In this document: piece by piece, positions 19,891 through 29,072 of the stretch
How the letters are laid out: every line of letters starts with the position of its first letter
How positions within the stretch are numbered: the stretch's first letter is position 1
Virus record (IMG/VR): IMGVR_UViG_3300006217_002764
DNA from: a virus
Lineage: Duplodnaviria > Heunggongvirae > Uroviricota > Caudoviricetes
Reading direction: 5' to 3' (one strand)
Length of the DNA: 64,000 bases
Program-made: the position numbers and the translations under genes
Notes under the pieces: generated by a model
What the model was told of the DNA's origin: nothing
Database searches by the model: none
Seen by the model: the letters and a program-made list of their open reading frames with translations, nothing else

Positions 19891-20733
19891 ATGACAAGCA
19901 CGAACCCCAACGCGGAACCGTACGATTACGAAATCACCTCAACTCCACACGCAGACACCTCGTTAGACGAGTACAACACCAACAGCAGTGAACCAACGCT
20001 ATGGGATTTCGAAGGGTTCACATCCGGTACACCGTTCCTGTTGGAGCGCCCCAGCCGGTATATCACGCGCATGCGCCGCAGCATGAATTCTCTACTGGCC
20101 CTCCCTGAGCGGGACACACAGGAAAGCATCGACTCCCGTATCCTGTGGTCCCCCATCGTGGAACTCCCCATCCCACTTGCGCAAAAAGACGACACCGCCC
20201 GCACCATGGCCGCCGTCTCATACCCCTTCATGTATGTACCGCAGAACCAGCCCCTCACCGGCAACATGGACCCTGAACGGTATGCGTTGACATTGCATGT
20301 GTACCTCGCCGCCACACAGGCCATCGTCTACGACACGCAGCATATCCATGACTTGTATACGTATGGCGTGGATGCTAGTTCATTCCTCGTTGATGATGCC
20401 ACATGGGAGCGGGCTGGAATGGTCGCGGATTATTACGCTGGTGCTTTGCGTGATTTGAACATTGGACGGTTGACCCAGTTTATGCTCGCCGACATGGACA
20501 ATGAATATGATGCATGGGATCGGCTCATGCTGACATGGGGTATCGATGTGGAGGACAAGCAGCATCCGGGCGAGGTATCCGAATCCATTGTTGGCCAATT
20601 GTTGGATCGTGGTGCCCAAGCCAGTACGCGGATGGCATCCATGTACGATAAGGTCTTCGACTTGTCAGATACGGAAAGTGGCACTGTGCTCCCATACAAT
20701 GCTTTCCACGAGAATGACACTGACGGTCTCTGA
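19891..20733 (+). CDS. hypothetical acidic protein
   Basis: 280-aa ORF 16 nt downstream of the ATPase. Confidence 0.5.
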   Translation: MTSTNPNAEPYDYEITSTPHADTSLDEYNTNSSEPTLWDFEGFTSGTPFLLERPSRYITRMRRSMNSLLALPERDTQESIDSRILWSPIVELPIPLAQKDDTARTMAAVSYPFMYVPQNQPLTGNMDPERYALTLHVYLAATQAIVYDTQHIHDLYTYGVDASSFLVDDATWERAGMVADYYAGALRDLNIGRLTQFMLADMDNEYDAWDRLMLTWGIDVEDKQHPGEVSESIVGQLLDRGAQASTRMASMYDKVFDLSDTESGTVLPYNAFHENDTDGL

Positions 20734-20821
20734 CGCCCTATTGGCAGACGCAATGAGGAAGGTTTCCTCGTGCATGAGATAGGCGAGGACGGTATATGAG
20801 GTATACCGTACAGCCAGTACA

Positions 20822-20971
20822 GGAGTTTCCATGCCTGTACGGGGATGCCCAGGTCGAACCGCCCCTCCCACTCACGCAGGTAGGAGTGTCCTCGCTTGTA
20901 CGGGGCATCCGCAGACCGTCCACCAGACGAATCTCACCAGTCTGGAGTGTCCTCGCTTGTACGGGGCATCC
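20822..20971 (-). CRISPR. mini CRISPR-like array (3 repeats of 28 nt, 2 spacers of 32-33 nt)
   Basis: Identical repeats GGAGTGTCCTCGCTTGTACGGGGCATCC at 20883-20910 and 20944-20971 (plus strand). A degenerate copy GGAGTTTCCATGCCTGTACGGGGATGCCC sits at 20822-20850. Spacers are unique. The degenerate repeat is distal to a conserved promoter motif at 21236-21266 on the minus strand, which gives a leader of about 270 nt. Confidence 0.4.
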
Positions 20972-21235
20972 CCTATCCAAACCGTTGCAAAACCAAGGTT
21001 CTGCAACATTAGGGAACCCGAAAAACTTCAGCTTGCCCCACACGCGTGGACATGACCACCTTGCGGCGGTCAGCTTCAAGTCTCACACCACCAGTTCGAC
21101 GGCTGCTTGATAGGCGTTTCATCGAACCTGTCCAGCAAACCCGAAGGTGGCTGGCACTGGGTTCTCCACGCCCGTTGTCCGTATCCGCCACACTCTCGAA
21201 AAGTGTGGTTCGTGTCCTGCACAAGCCTCTTATGC

Positions 21236-21266
21236 AGCTGTCTTCAGTATAGCACATACATGTTTA
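21236..21266 (-). promoter_or_regulatory. conserved promoter motif upstream of the CRISPR-like array
   Basis: Minus-strand reading gives catgtatgtgcTATACTgaagacagc. Partial match to the element-wide motif. Confidence 0.4.
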
Positions 21267-21482
21267 TGAAGCGGGCCGTCGCGTCAACATCACCCCGTCC
21301 ACGTATTGTTCGACCATCATCGGCTCGTGTATGTACGCTGGCGCCCGTGTTCGCCGTTGTGCATGCCAGTTGGCGCCATATCTTGCGGTGCCATGATGCG
21401 GCTCGCCGTACATACAGTGTGATTTGCACCAGACATGGGAGCCGTGAAATACTGAAACCGTACACAAAACGGGAAGACAACG

Positions 21483-21932
21483 GTGGGAATCATGGCTGAC
21501 GTGTTCGATGTCGCGGCGTACATCCTGAACAAACAGGGACGCATGACGACGATGAAATTGCAGAAACTCTGCTACTACGCGCAGGCATGGCATCTGGTAT
21601 GGGCGGAGAAACCACTGTTCGACGAACCCATTCAAGCGTGGGCGAATGGCCCGGTATGCCCAGAACTGTACCAAGCACATAAAGGGAAGTTCGACATCGA
21701 TGCCCGTGAGCTTCCACAGGGCAACCCGCAGGCATTGACGGATCGAGAACGCAGGGACATCGACGAGGTTCTACGTTTCTATGCGCCCATGGGAGCCTAT
21801 CACCTCAGTGAACTCACCCATCATGAGGATCCCTGGAAGGATGCCCGCGGGGACCTACCGGTAGGGGCCAGATGCAATACGGTCATAACCTTGGCCGCAA
21901 TGGCCGAATATTACGGTTCTATCACTGACTGA
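21483..21932 (+). CDS. Panacea-domain (SocA/GepA-like, DUF4065) protein, putative antitoxin
   Basis: Hallmark KLQKLCYYAQAWHLVW plus downstream conserved aromatic and Pro residues. Confidence 0.65.
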   Translation: MGIMADVFDVAAYILNKQGRMTTMKLQKLCYYAQAWHLVWAEKPLFDEPIQAWANGPVCPELYQAHKGKFDIDARELPQGNPQALTDRERRDIDEVLRFYAPMGAYHLSELTHHEDPWKDARGDLPVGARCNTVITLAAMAEYYGSITD

Positions 21933-22438
21933 TGTCACGCAGACGATCATTGCGGAACCGTGCAAGGCCACAAGCCTCGGCGGAGAGGGTTCCGCAGGCG
22001 GCGCTGAACAGACACGGCGCGTATCGGGTACCCAAGAACGCTGACAGTTTCGACGGTCTGCCGGACAAGCATCATATCGTGTTCCGTTTCGACTGTGTGG
22101 ATATAGAAGCCGATTGCCCGTGGTCGTTGGCGGACATCACCCAGACCGATCACGTGACGTTGCTGCGCAAACTCCGAGAGTTCGAATGCTGCACCCTCAG
22201 TGAAATACTCAGTCCAAGCTATAAGGCTTTCCACCTGTATACGAATTTCAGTGATTGTCCGAACAGGAAGGCGGTGAGGCGTCTGGGTGAGCGCTACGAG
22301 TGCGACAGTGATGCCATCGCACGGTTCCGTCTTGGCGGGACGGAACGGTTGTATGGTTTTCTTGTCGGCCATGAGTTTCATATTCTGTGGTGGGACAAGG
22401 ATCATGAGATCTGGCCGAGCAGGAAGAAGAATACCTGA
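21932..22438 (+). CDS. hypothetical protein translationally coupled to the Panacea gene (candidate toxin)
   Basis: TGATG overlap with the Panacea gene. 168 aa. No recognisable fold. Confidence 0.45.
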   Translation: MSRRRSLRNRARPQASAERVPQAALNRHGAYRVPKNADSFDGLPDKHHIVFRFDCVDIEADCPWSLADITQTDHVTLLRKLREFECCTLSEILSPSYKAFHLYTNFSDCPNRKAVRRLGERYECDSDAIARFRLGGTERLYGFLVGHEFHILWWDKDHEIWPSRKKNT

Positions 22439-22492
22439 AGACCGTTGGGCGTCCACATGGGATGCACTTGCCTCGGCGGTAGAACGCCAAGC

Positions 22493-23521
22493 TCACGCTC
22501 GCATTTTATCGTCGATGCTGATTGGGTCGAGTATGTGCACGACGCTTCCGGTGTTCAGGCTTTTGTAGGTCAGTTGGCGGGTGAATTCGGCGAATGCCGC
22601 GTCCGTGAGGCTTTGCGCGAGCATGTGGTGTCGCATGCCGCGTTTGATGTTGACTTTCTGTATGTTGATGACGGCGTATTGGTCCACAAGCCGGCGGGTC
22701 AATTCGTGCAGCATCGTGTCACGCAACGCTTTGATGCGCTTGTGGATGCGGTTGACCTTGCGGCGTTGCTCCTCGTAGCGGACGCTTCCACGGGCTTTGC
22801 GTGACAGGTCACGGGACGCCTTGCGCAACCCCTCCAACGCCTGCCGGTATGGTCGCGGCAGATCGATCCGGGTACCGTCCGACAGGATGATGTGTTCCAA
22901 GGTGAACACGCACCAGATGTCGGGTTTTGTGTTCACGGGTGGCGCCGGTTCGGGGGTTTCGCACAATAGGCTCGCGTACCATGTGTCGTGTTCGCAACGG
23001 ATGGTGGTGGTTTTCACCTTGCGGCCGGCCACGAGCCGGTGGATGTTGCGCAAGGTGTGCACGCGTCCGATGCGGGGCAGTCTGATGCCATGGTCGTCGG
23101 GGATGGTGATGGCGCTGAATGCGAACGATTTGACCGCGCTACGGGGTTTGAACTTGGGGAAGCCGACGGGGGATCCTTTGCGTTTGCCTGACAGGCTTTT
23201 GAGGAAATTGCTGGATGCTTTGCCGAGGTTGTCGAACGCGCAGTTATAAACCTGTGAGGCGACCTCATCCCACCATGGGGCCAACCGGTCGCGGTTGGCG
23301 CGCCACCAGTAGCCGAGTTTGATGACATTGTTGTCGATTTTGATGAGGTCTTTCTTGCCGACGCCTGATTCGACCTGCGCCTTGCGCTCCTCCAACTGTT
23401 CCTTCATATGTTGCAACGCGGCGTTGTACGCGAAACGTGCCGCGCCCGCGTACATGCGGAACATGCGCTCTTGTACGGGGGTGGGGTCGAGCGGGACTTT
23501 CACCGCCTCATACGTGGTCAT
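22493..23521 (-). pseudogene. tnpB: TnpB-like gene truncated before the zinc finger
   Basis: N-terminal TnpB signature VKVPLDPTPVQERMFRMYAGAARFAYNAAL and RuvC-II region INIQKVNIKRGM...LTDAAFAEF. The ORF stops right after ILDP, where the YTSQ..C..CG zinc finger should follow. Confidence 0.55.
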
Positions 23522-24072
23522 GACCGGTTCTCATTGTTGGTTGTGGTGCTTTGCACCAATGCGGTTTTGAGCGACACATATCCCATTAGTGGATGTGGAC
23601 GCGGACCGCCGTAGGTGCGGATGGACATGTCCCCGTCCGTGTCGAACATGGCGACCAGTTCTCCGGCTTCCCCGAGCGCGAGTAGCGCCGACTGCCAGAG
23701 CAATGCCGACCGCAACGCACCATCCGGGTTCGCGCCACCGTAGGCATCCATGTTGCCGCATCGTTGCCGGAGCGCATCCAACGCGACGGCCGCACGATTG
23801 TCGTATTCCGACGCCCAACCTTCGTAGAACACCCGACCGTCAGGCGCTACGACGAGCCATGCGGCGCTGTCGTAATCGTCAAAGCGCCTGCGCATACGGT
23901 ACGCCTGTTCGTGGCTCAGCAGTCCGTGTTTCTCCAGCTCGACATAGATGTCCCCATGTGGGCGGATGAGATTATGGGGAACATCAGGCAAGGGCGTCAG
24001 GTCGTCGATCAGCGCACTGGTCTTCGGTTCGAGAATATCCGGTATCATGACGGTTCCCTCCCTTGGGATCAA
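23518..24072 (-). CDS. hypothetical protein
   Basis: 184-aa ORF in the minus-strand operon. Confidence 0.45.
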   Translation of the reverse strand: MIPREGTVMIPDILEPKTSALIDDLTPLPDVPHNLIRPHGDIYVELEKHGLLSHEQAYRMRRRFDDYDSAAWLVVAPDGRVFYEGWASEYDNRAAVALDALRQRCGNMDAYGGANPDGALRSALLWQSALLALGEAGELVAMFDTDGDMSIRTYGGPRPHPLMGYVSLKTALVQSTTTNNENRS

Positions 24073-24479
24073 CAGTATTGGAGCAGGTCTCGCACGGTCA
24101 GTCCGTGCAGGCCGGTGGCGTGGTCGGTCAGGTACTGTTCGACCTCATGGTTCATATCGTCATCGGGTATGCCTTGTTTCAGTGCTTGGAATTGCATGTC
24201 AATGATGGTGTCATGCAGCTCGTTGTGTCTGTCCCACCATGCGCGGGCGCGTTGCTTCACGTTCTTCGCGCTTGTTTTGCGTGCGCGCATCGTGCGCTTA
24301 TACCCGTGCGCACGATGCGCGGCTTGCGCGGTTTTGTATCCATGGCCTTGCGCGTCATCGACAATCCGGCCCGTGGACTCGTCCACGAGCCGCCAACGGG
24401 TCTCTGTACGGTCAAAATCGTATTCATCCCCGGCGGGAACCATGACCGGGTACGGGACGGCTTTAATCTGGCTGGTCAT
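24069..24479 (-). CDS. hypothetical protein
   Basis: 136-aa ORF with overlapping start and stop codons. Confidence 0.45.
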   Translation of the reverse strand: MTSQIKAVPYPVMVPAGDEYDFDRTETRWRLVDESTGRIVDDAQGHGYKTAQAAHRAHGYKRTMRARKTSAKNVKQRARAWWDRHNELHDTIIDMQFQALKQGIPDDDMNHEVEQYLTDHATGLHGLTVRDLLQYC

Positions 24480-25075
24480 GATGCCTCCTTACTGGCGTGG
24501 TCGTACAAATACAATGCGTCCCGTTTGACCTCCACCCGTTCCAGCATGTCGCCCAATTGGCGGGTGTCGAACCCGTGCGAGCAGACCAGGTGGTAGCCGT
24601 TGATAGTGGCGATGACGGTGACCGCGCCCGGCGCCTCACTCTCCTCGTAGATGCGTTCGATGCGCCGGCGCAACGCTTCGGCACGGATCCAGCTTGGATC
24701 GTCCACGTCGAGCAGCCAGTGGCGTTCGGCGCGTTGTTCGGGTTGCATGGCGACGCTCAGGGCCATCTGATCGAGGGTGGCCATGTCCATGTCCGTCGTG
24801 TCGATGAGCACATGCATGAGCGCGGTGCGAGTCTTCGCGTTGTCGCGTGCGTTGACAGACACGTAGAAGCGGCTCACCTCGCCCGGTTTGCCTTGGTTCA
24901 CGAACCGGGTGAACCGGTCGCGCAGTTCGAAGGGTCTCTTGCGGGTCAGGAACGACTCGCACCGTTCTACGAACCCGTCCACCTGTTGGTTGTCCTTGCG
25001 GCGGGAACGGAACAGGACACCATGCAACGGACGGCTGTCGGCGGTGATGCGTTTGGGATGGTAATGGTTGCTCAT
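24476..25075 (-). CDS. hypothetical protein
   Basis: 199-aa ORF. ATGA overlap with the kinase-ligase gene. Confidence 0.45.
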   Translation of the reverse strand: MSNHYHPKRITADSRPLHGVLFRSRRKDNQQVDGFVERCESFLTRKRPFELRDRFTRFVNQGKPGEVSRFYVSVNARDNAKTRTALMHVLIDTTDMDMATLDQMALSVAMQPEQRAERHWLLDVDDPSWIRAEALRRRIERIYEESEAPGAVTVIATINGYHLVCSHGFDTRQLGDMLERVEVKRDALYLYDHASKEAS

Positions 25076-26805
25076 GATGCGGTCTCCTTGTCATGGTGGG
25101 CCAGCCAGTCGGTGACTTGGGTCATGTCCACCGCATCCCGGTCGAATGCGCTTTGATGGTAGACGAGTTGTTCGCGTGGGATCGCAGCCAACACGGCCCG
25201 CACCAACCGCGAGCGTTCCGAATCGTCCTGCGGGACGGGCTTGCCGCGCAGCAGGATGTTCTCCAGTACGGGGCGCAAACGTTTCGACTGGAGGTACAGG
25301 TCGGATTTGACTTTCACCATGTACCCGTCCGCACCGTAGATGACCACGCCCTCGCGTGATGATAGGGCCGCATCATGCAAGGCTTGGCGCAGTCCGGTCT
25401 CGTCCTGAATCATGTACCAGTCTGGACGGTACGGAAACAACGTGTTCAACAGGCTGTCCGCCTGCATGTCGATGGCGAATTCCACATGGTTGTGGATTGC
25501 ATGCAGGTAATACAGGCGTGACTTGTCGTAGTGGATGATGTGCTGGTCGGATTCCGCGTCCACGATCTCACAGGCCACGGTGACATCATGCGCACGCATG
25601 GTCTGCCATATCTCATGCCGCGTGTATGGGTCGGGCAGGTCACGGAGGAACGCTTTCTCAATCAGCGGCGAATAGTCGGTCTGGCCGCTCTTCGAATAGA
25701 AACGGAACACGCCCTCCTGTTCGGTTGCGCCGATCAATCCGAGGAAACCGTTCTCCTTCATCTCCACGCGCGCCGGGTACGTCATATGTTCCAGCACGTT
25801 GTCAAGACTGGTCTGCTTGTTCTCCCCGAGGTTGAAGAACTTGTCGAACCCACGCATCACCACGTCACCGGCGCTGTTGAGGAACAGGCCGCGGGCCTTC
25901 GACGAGTATTCGTCCCATGCGTGGTTGCGGAACGCGTCCCGGGTGAAATTGCACGCCCATAGATCTTCCTCGCCACGTACCGGCATGACGCGCACATTCG
26001 GGTTGTCGCGCATCTGGTCCAACAGGGTCGGTTCCGGTTCGGGGCAGGGCAGGTCGTCCGTGTTGCTCATCCGCCAGTCCAACCACTGTTGCGATGCACC
26101 GTGGCACAGCCAAGTGCAGTACACGTCGGACGGCATGAGTGGATTGTTCACCGCGGGCACACACAGCATGTCAGCGGTGTGGTTGCGGCCGTGCTGGGAG
26201 GGGAGAAACGCTTTGACCATGCGGAACGTGTCCACGCTCAACGGTTTGCATGCCATCCGGTACGCGCCCATCGCGTCGACCAACGCGAATGTGTGGCTGT
26301 GTTCGCTGGGACGCCACATGTGGCGTCCGGCGGGTTCGACGGGCACATGCACCCACTGCATGGGTGTGGAGATACTGTCCGTATACCGTTCGTACTGGGC
26401 CCGCAAATACTCCTCGGGCACCTGGTCGTCCTCGGCGCGATGGCGGTTGCGTTCCAGCAACGTGTCCAACGGTACGGGGAATGCCACGGTTTGCACGTCC
26501 GCGTTGCAGTCGGCGGCCAACCCTACCAGTTCATGCACGCGTTCCATGTTGGCGTTCTGTGCGTCCATGATCACGTTCAGGCCTTTGCGCAACGCGTCGC
26601 AGACCATGGCGTGCGCCGTACGCACAATCAGTTTCTCTGTTGTCGCAGTGCGATGCGCATGGTAGGCGGCCAGACTTCCCGCCGTCATACGTCGCAACCC
26701 ATCCAAGGACACGATGATCGTATCTGGATGGTTCGTCACGCACTTGCGCGCCCATGTGCTTTTGCCGCTCGCGGGCAGCCCGCGCAGGATGACCAACGTC
26801 GCCAT
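25072..26805 (-). CDS. polynucleotide kinase (P-loop) fused to RNA ligase (nucleotidyltransferase)
   Basis: N-terminal Walker A VILRGLPASGKSTWARK (T4 Pnk/AAA_33-like kinase). C-terminal ligase motif I KENG (RVEMKENGFLGLIG). Confidence 0.6.
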   Translation of the reverse strand: MATLVILRGLPASGKSTWARKCVTNHPDTIIVSLDGLRRMTAGSLAAYHAHRTATTEKLIVRTAHAMVCDALRKGLNVIMDAQNANMERVHELVGLAADCNADVQTVAFPVPLDTLLERNRHRAEDDQVPEEYLRAQYERYTDSISTPMQWVHVPVEPAGRHMWRPSEHSHTFALVDAMGAYRMACKPLSVDTFRMVKAFLPSQHGRNHTADMLCVPAVNNPLMPSDVYCTWLCHGASQQWLDWRMSNTDDLPCPEPEPTLLDQMRDNPNVRVMPVRGEEDLWACNFTRDAFRNHAWDEYSSKARGLFLNSAGDVVMRGFDKFFNLGENKQTSLDNVLEHMTYPARVEMKENGFLGLIGATEQEGVFRFYSKSGQTDYSPLIEKAFLRDLPDPYTRHEIWQTMRAHDVTVACEIVDAESDQHIIHYDKSRLYYLHAIHNHVEFAIDMQADSLLNTLFPYRPDWYMIQDETGLRQALHDAALSSREGVVIYGADGYMVKVKSDLYLQSKRLRPVLENILLRGKPVPQDDSERSRLVRAVLAAIPREQLVYHQSAFDRDAVDMTQVTDWLAHHDKETAS

Positions 26806-26832
26806 CGTTCGATTCCTTTCCGTAAGTCGTGT

Positions 26833-27570
26833 TCAGCGGTGCCGTTTCAGCGTGGGATGCGGCTCCGGCGGGAAGGAGATCAACCGTTCCGCGTCGACGA
26901 AATGCCACAGCACCTGTTCCTCGCTCACCGGCCGCATGTTCCATGCGTCCACACCGATGTTGAGCTCACGCGGGTTGGCGAACTCGAACGGGTCCGTGGA
27001 GTGTGTATGCCCGTGCAGCAGCCAGCTGAAGCCGTTGTCCACGAACGCATACTGGGCGTATTGCGGGTCGCATGCGTTCGTGCTCAACCCGCTGGGCGTG
27101 GGCTGTTCGAAATGGTGGCGGAATTGGAAGTGCGACAAGAGCACGTTGAGTTTGCCGATGGTGGTCGCACCCCCGGTATCGACGGTGACGAACACGTCCA
27201 ACAGTTGCCGCATCTGCGAGTATCCGCAGCGCAGGTCCTCATGGTTACCGAGGATCAGGTGCCGCCTGCCGCGTGGCACGCGCAGCCCTTCGAGGGTTTG
27301 CAACGCGCCGGTCAGGCTTGCCCGTCCGCCGGTGCTCAAGTCCCCCAGCACGTAGAGTTCGTCTTCCTCCCCGACCCGTTCGTTGATGTTGTCGATGATG
27401 GTGTGGTCGTGGCGCTGCCAGTCCACCATGTCAGCGAGTTTCCAACGGTTCGTGCGCGCGTATTCGCGTAGGTCGGCGGCGGCCAGATGCGCGTATTCAG
27501 GTTTTGCGTATCCACGCAACGCGGCCACGAACGGGTGGTGCAAATGCAAATCGGAAGTGAAATACTTCAT
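26833..27570 (-). CDS. calcineurin-like metallophosphoesterase
   Basis: Motifs SDLHLHH, YVLGDLS, GNHE and GHTH. Start MKYFTSDLH at 27570. Confidence 0.7.
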   Translation of the reverse strand: MKYFTSDLHLHHPFVAALRGYAKPEYAHLAAADLREYARTNRWKLADMVDWQRHDHTIIDNINERVGEEDELYVLGDLSTGGRASLTGALQTLEGLRVPRGRRHLILGNHEDLRCGYSQMRQLLDVFVTVDTGGATTIGKLNVLLSHFQFRHHFEQPTPSGLSTNACDPQYAQYAFVDNGFSWLLHGHTHSTDPFEFANPRELNIGVDAWNMRPVSEEQVLWHFVDAERLISFPPEPHPTLKRHR

Positions 27571-27583
27571 GGCTTGTTCTCCC

Positions 27584-28030
27584 TTAGTCTTTGCTGATGG
27601 ACTCGTCGATGGGGGCCCAACCAGTGTTCTCGTCGTACAGGTCGCGCACGGACCATGCATCATTGACGAACAGGTACACGTATTCGGCCCACATGCCACG
27701 TGCGGCCTCCACGAATGCGTCACGGTCCACATATACGGCGGCCTGCATGGCATCATTCTTGCCGTAGGTGCTGGCGGCCGCTGTTTTCGAAGGCGGATAG
27801 CCGTTCTTGTCGATGTCGCGGCGTTTCTCCGCATCGTCCATGAATGCGGCAGGCGTCTGCCCGAGCACGTCGATCTCACCCAACGCCATGAGCTCCTCCA
27901 CTTGCACCCCATCTGTGTAATGGTCGCGCAACACTTTCCCGTTGTATGACGGGTACCCGTCGCACTGGCAGTAGATGGCCGTGATGGAACCGTCCCCATG
28001 CTGCATGCCGATCAAGCTACGAGTAGTCAT
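27584..28030 (-). CDS. hypothetical protein
   Basis: ORF immediately upstream of the phosphoesterase. Confidence 0.4.
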   Translation of the reverse strand: MTTRSLIGMQHGDGSITAIYCQCDGYPSYNGKVLRDHYTDGVQVEELMALGEIDVLGQTPAAFMDDAEKRRDIDKNGYPPSKTAAASTYGKNDAMQAAVYVDRDAFVEAARGMWAEYVYLFVNDAWSVRDLYDENTGWAPIDESISKD

Positions 28031-28179
28031 CCTTTTCTCCTTTGTGTCGATGTCTTTTGTGAATACGGATTCAGGCTTTCCCGCACTTGGATATCTTGCC
28101 CACCCCGCCATTGATCGTGACGTGTTCGCTTCTCATGATTACTCCTTGTCTCGGTCTCTGATTTCGAACTCGTTGAGGA

Positions 28180-28506
28180 TTACTTTTCGCTGTGGAGCTC
28201 CTTGGGGATTTGCCTGATGACCGCGCTCATCATCTCCAGCCAGTCGGCGAGGATGTCAGCGTGTGCGGCATCGCAGTGGATTTCCAACACGGGCGGTTTG
28301 CCGTTGTGGGGTGCGCGGAAGCTCACGACCTGTGTGGTGTGGGTGCGCGCGCCCTGTTGCGTGGTCATGGTCAGGTCGATGCTGTTGGGGCGCGTCCCCT
28401 CGTCGTCGTATCGCCTCATGTTGAGCGAGTCTGCCATAAAATCCCAGTACGATTCGTCTTCCGGGTCCGGGTGTTCCGGGGTCAGATTGTTGACGAACAC
28501 TCGCAT
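28180..28506 (-). CDS. hypothetical protein
   Basis: Start MRVFVNN. The overlapping 247-aa ORF in another frame was judged an artifact. Confidence 0.4.
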   Translation of the reverse strand: MRVFVNNLTPEHPDPEDESYWDFMADSLNMRRYDDEGTRPNSIDLTMTTQQGARTHTTQVVSFRAPHNGKPPVLEIHCDAAHADILADWLEMMSAVIRQIPKELHSEK

Positions 28507-28547
28507 TTCGTCTCCTTGCAATGGTTGGTGATGTGTGTCTTGGTGCT

Positions 28548-28943
28548 TCAGGCAGCCAATGGCAGACGGTTCGCATGACGCGCGCGGCGGATAGTCTCCG
28601 CGAGGGTCTCCCCGCTGCATTCCAGCCCTGAAATCTGCTCGTACAGGTCGCTGGTCGGACAGGTGTGGCTGCCGTCGTCCCAATAGGGGTAGAGGTCGTC
28701 ATGCAGGTCGCTACGGTCGAGCAGTGTGCCGGCCCGTGAGGAAACCTCAAGTGCGGCGTCCTGCAAGGCGGCGGCGTACCCGTCGAACAGGTCCTCCCCC
28801 AGTCGCATACGGTTGCTTTCCACGAGCTTCCACTGTGCGGCCACCTCGTCGTACCCTGTTTCCAGATCGTCGATGGTGCCCGTCGGGTCGACAAGGCCCG
28901 CGACCTCATCAAGGGGGTACAGGCCGTTGATGCCATACGCCAT
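28548..28943 (-). CDS. hypothetical acidic protein
   Basis: 131-aa ORF with the promoter motif immediately upstream at 28955-28986. Confidence 0.5.
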   Translation of the reverse strand: MAYGINGLYPLDEVAGLVDPTGTIDDLETGYDEVAAQWKLVESNRMRLGEDLFDGYAAALQDAALEVSSRAGTLLDRSDLHDDLYPYWDDGSHTCPTSDLYEQISGLECSGETLAETIRRARHANRLPLAA

Positions 28944-28954
28944 GATGTGCTTCC

Positions 28955-29030
28955 TCCTGTGGTTTTGTGGATAATCTCAGTATAGCACATATATCGCATG
29001 TTCTCCCCCGGCGTGTTCTCCTATACTGGA
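28955..29030. promoter_or_regulatory. divergent conserved promoter motifs
   Basis: ttgtggataatctcagtatagcacatat (minus promoter) and cctatactggaaccatccacaaaa (plus promoter for the hydrolase). Confidence 0.5.
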
Positions 29031-29072
29031 ACCATCCACAAAACCACCCCGAACCCATACAAGGAACGCCCC

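Noticed and set aside
20796-21110. ORFs 20796..21110 (+), 20831..21055 (+) and 20738..21079 (-)
   Set aside because: They lie across the 28-nt repeat/spacer units and the leader-like region. The reading frames are generated by the repeats and have no RBS. Treated as non-coding.
21947-22456. 169-aa ORF antisense to the Panacea-partner gene
   Set aside because: The plus-strand ORF is translationally coupled (TGATG) to the Panacea gene. The antisense frame has no RBS or promoter motif.
28256-28999. 247-aa ORF on the minus strand
   Set aside because: It overlaps, in a different frame, two shorter ORFs with better starts (28180..28506 and 28548..28943). Its Arg/Pro/Thr-rich translation is typical of an off-frame high-GC artifact.
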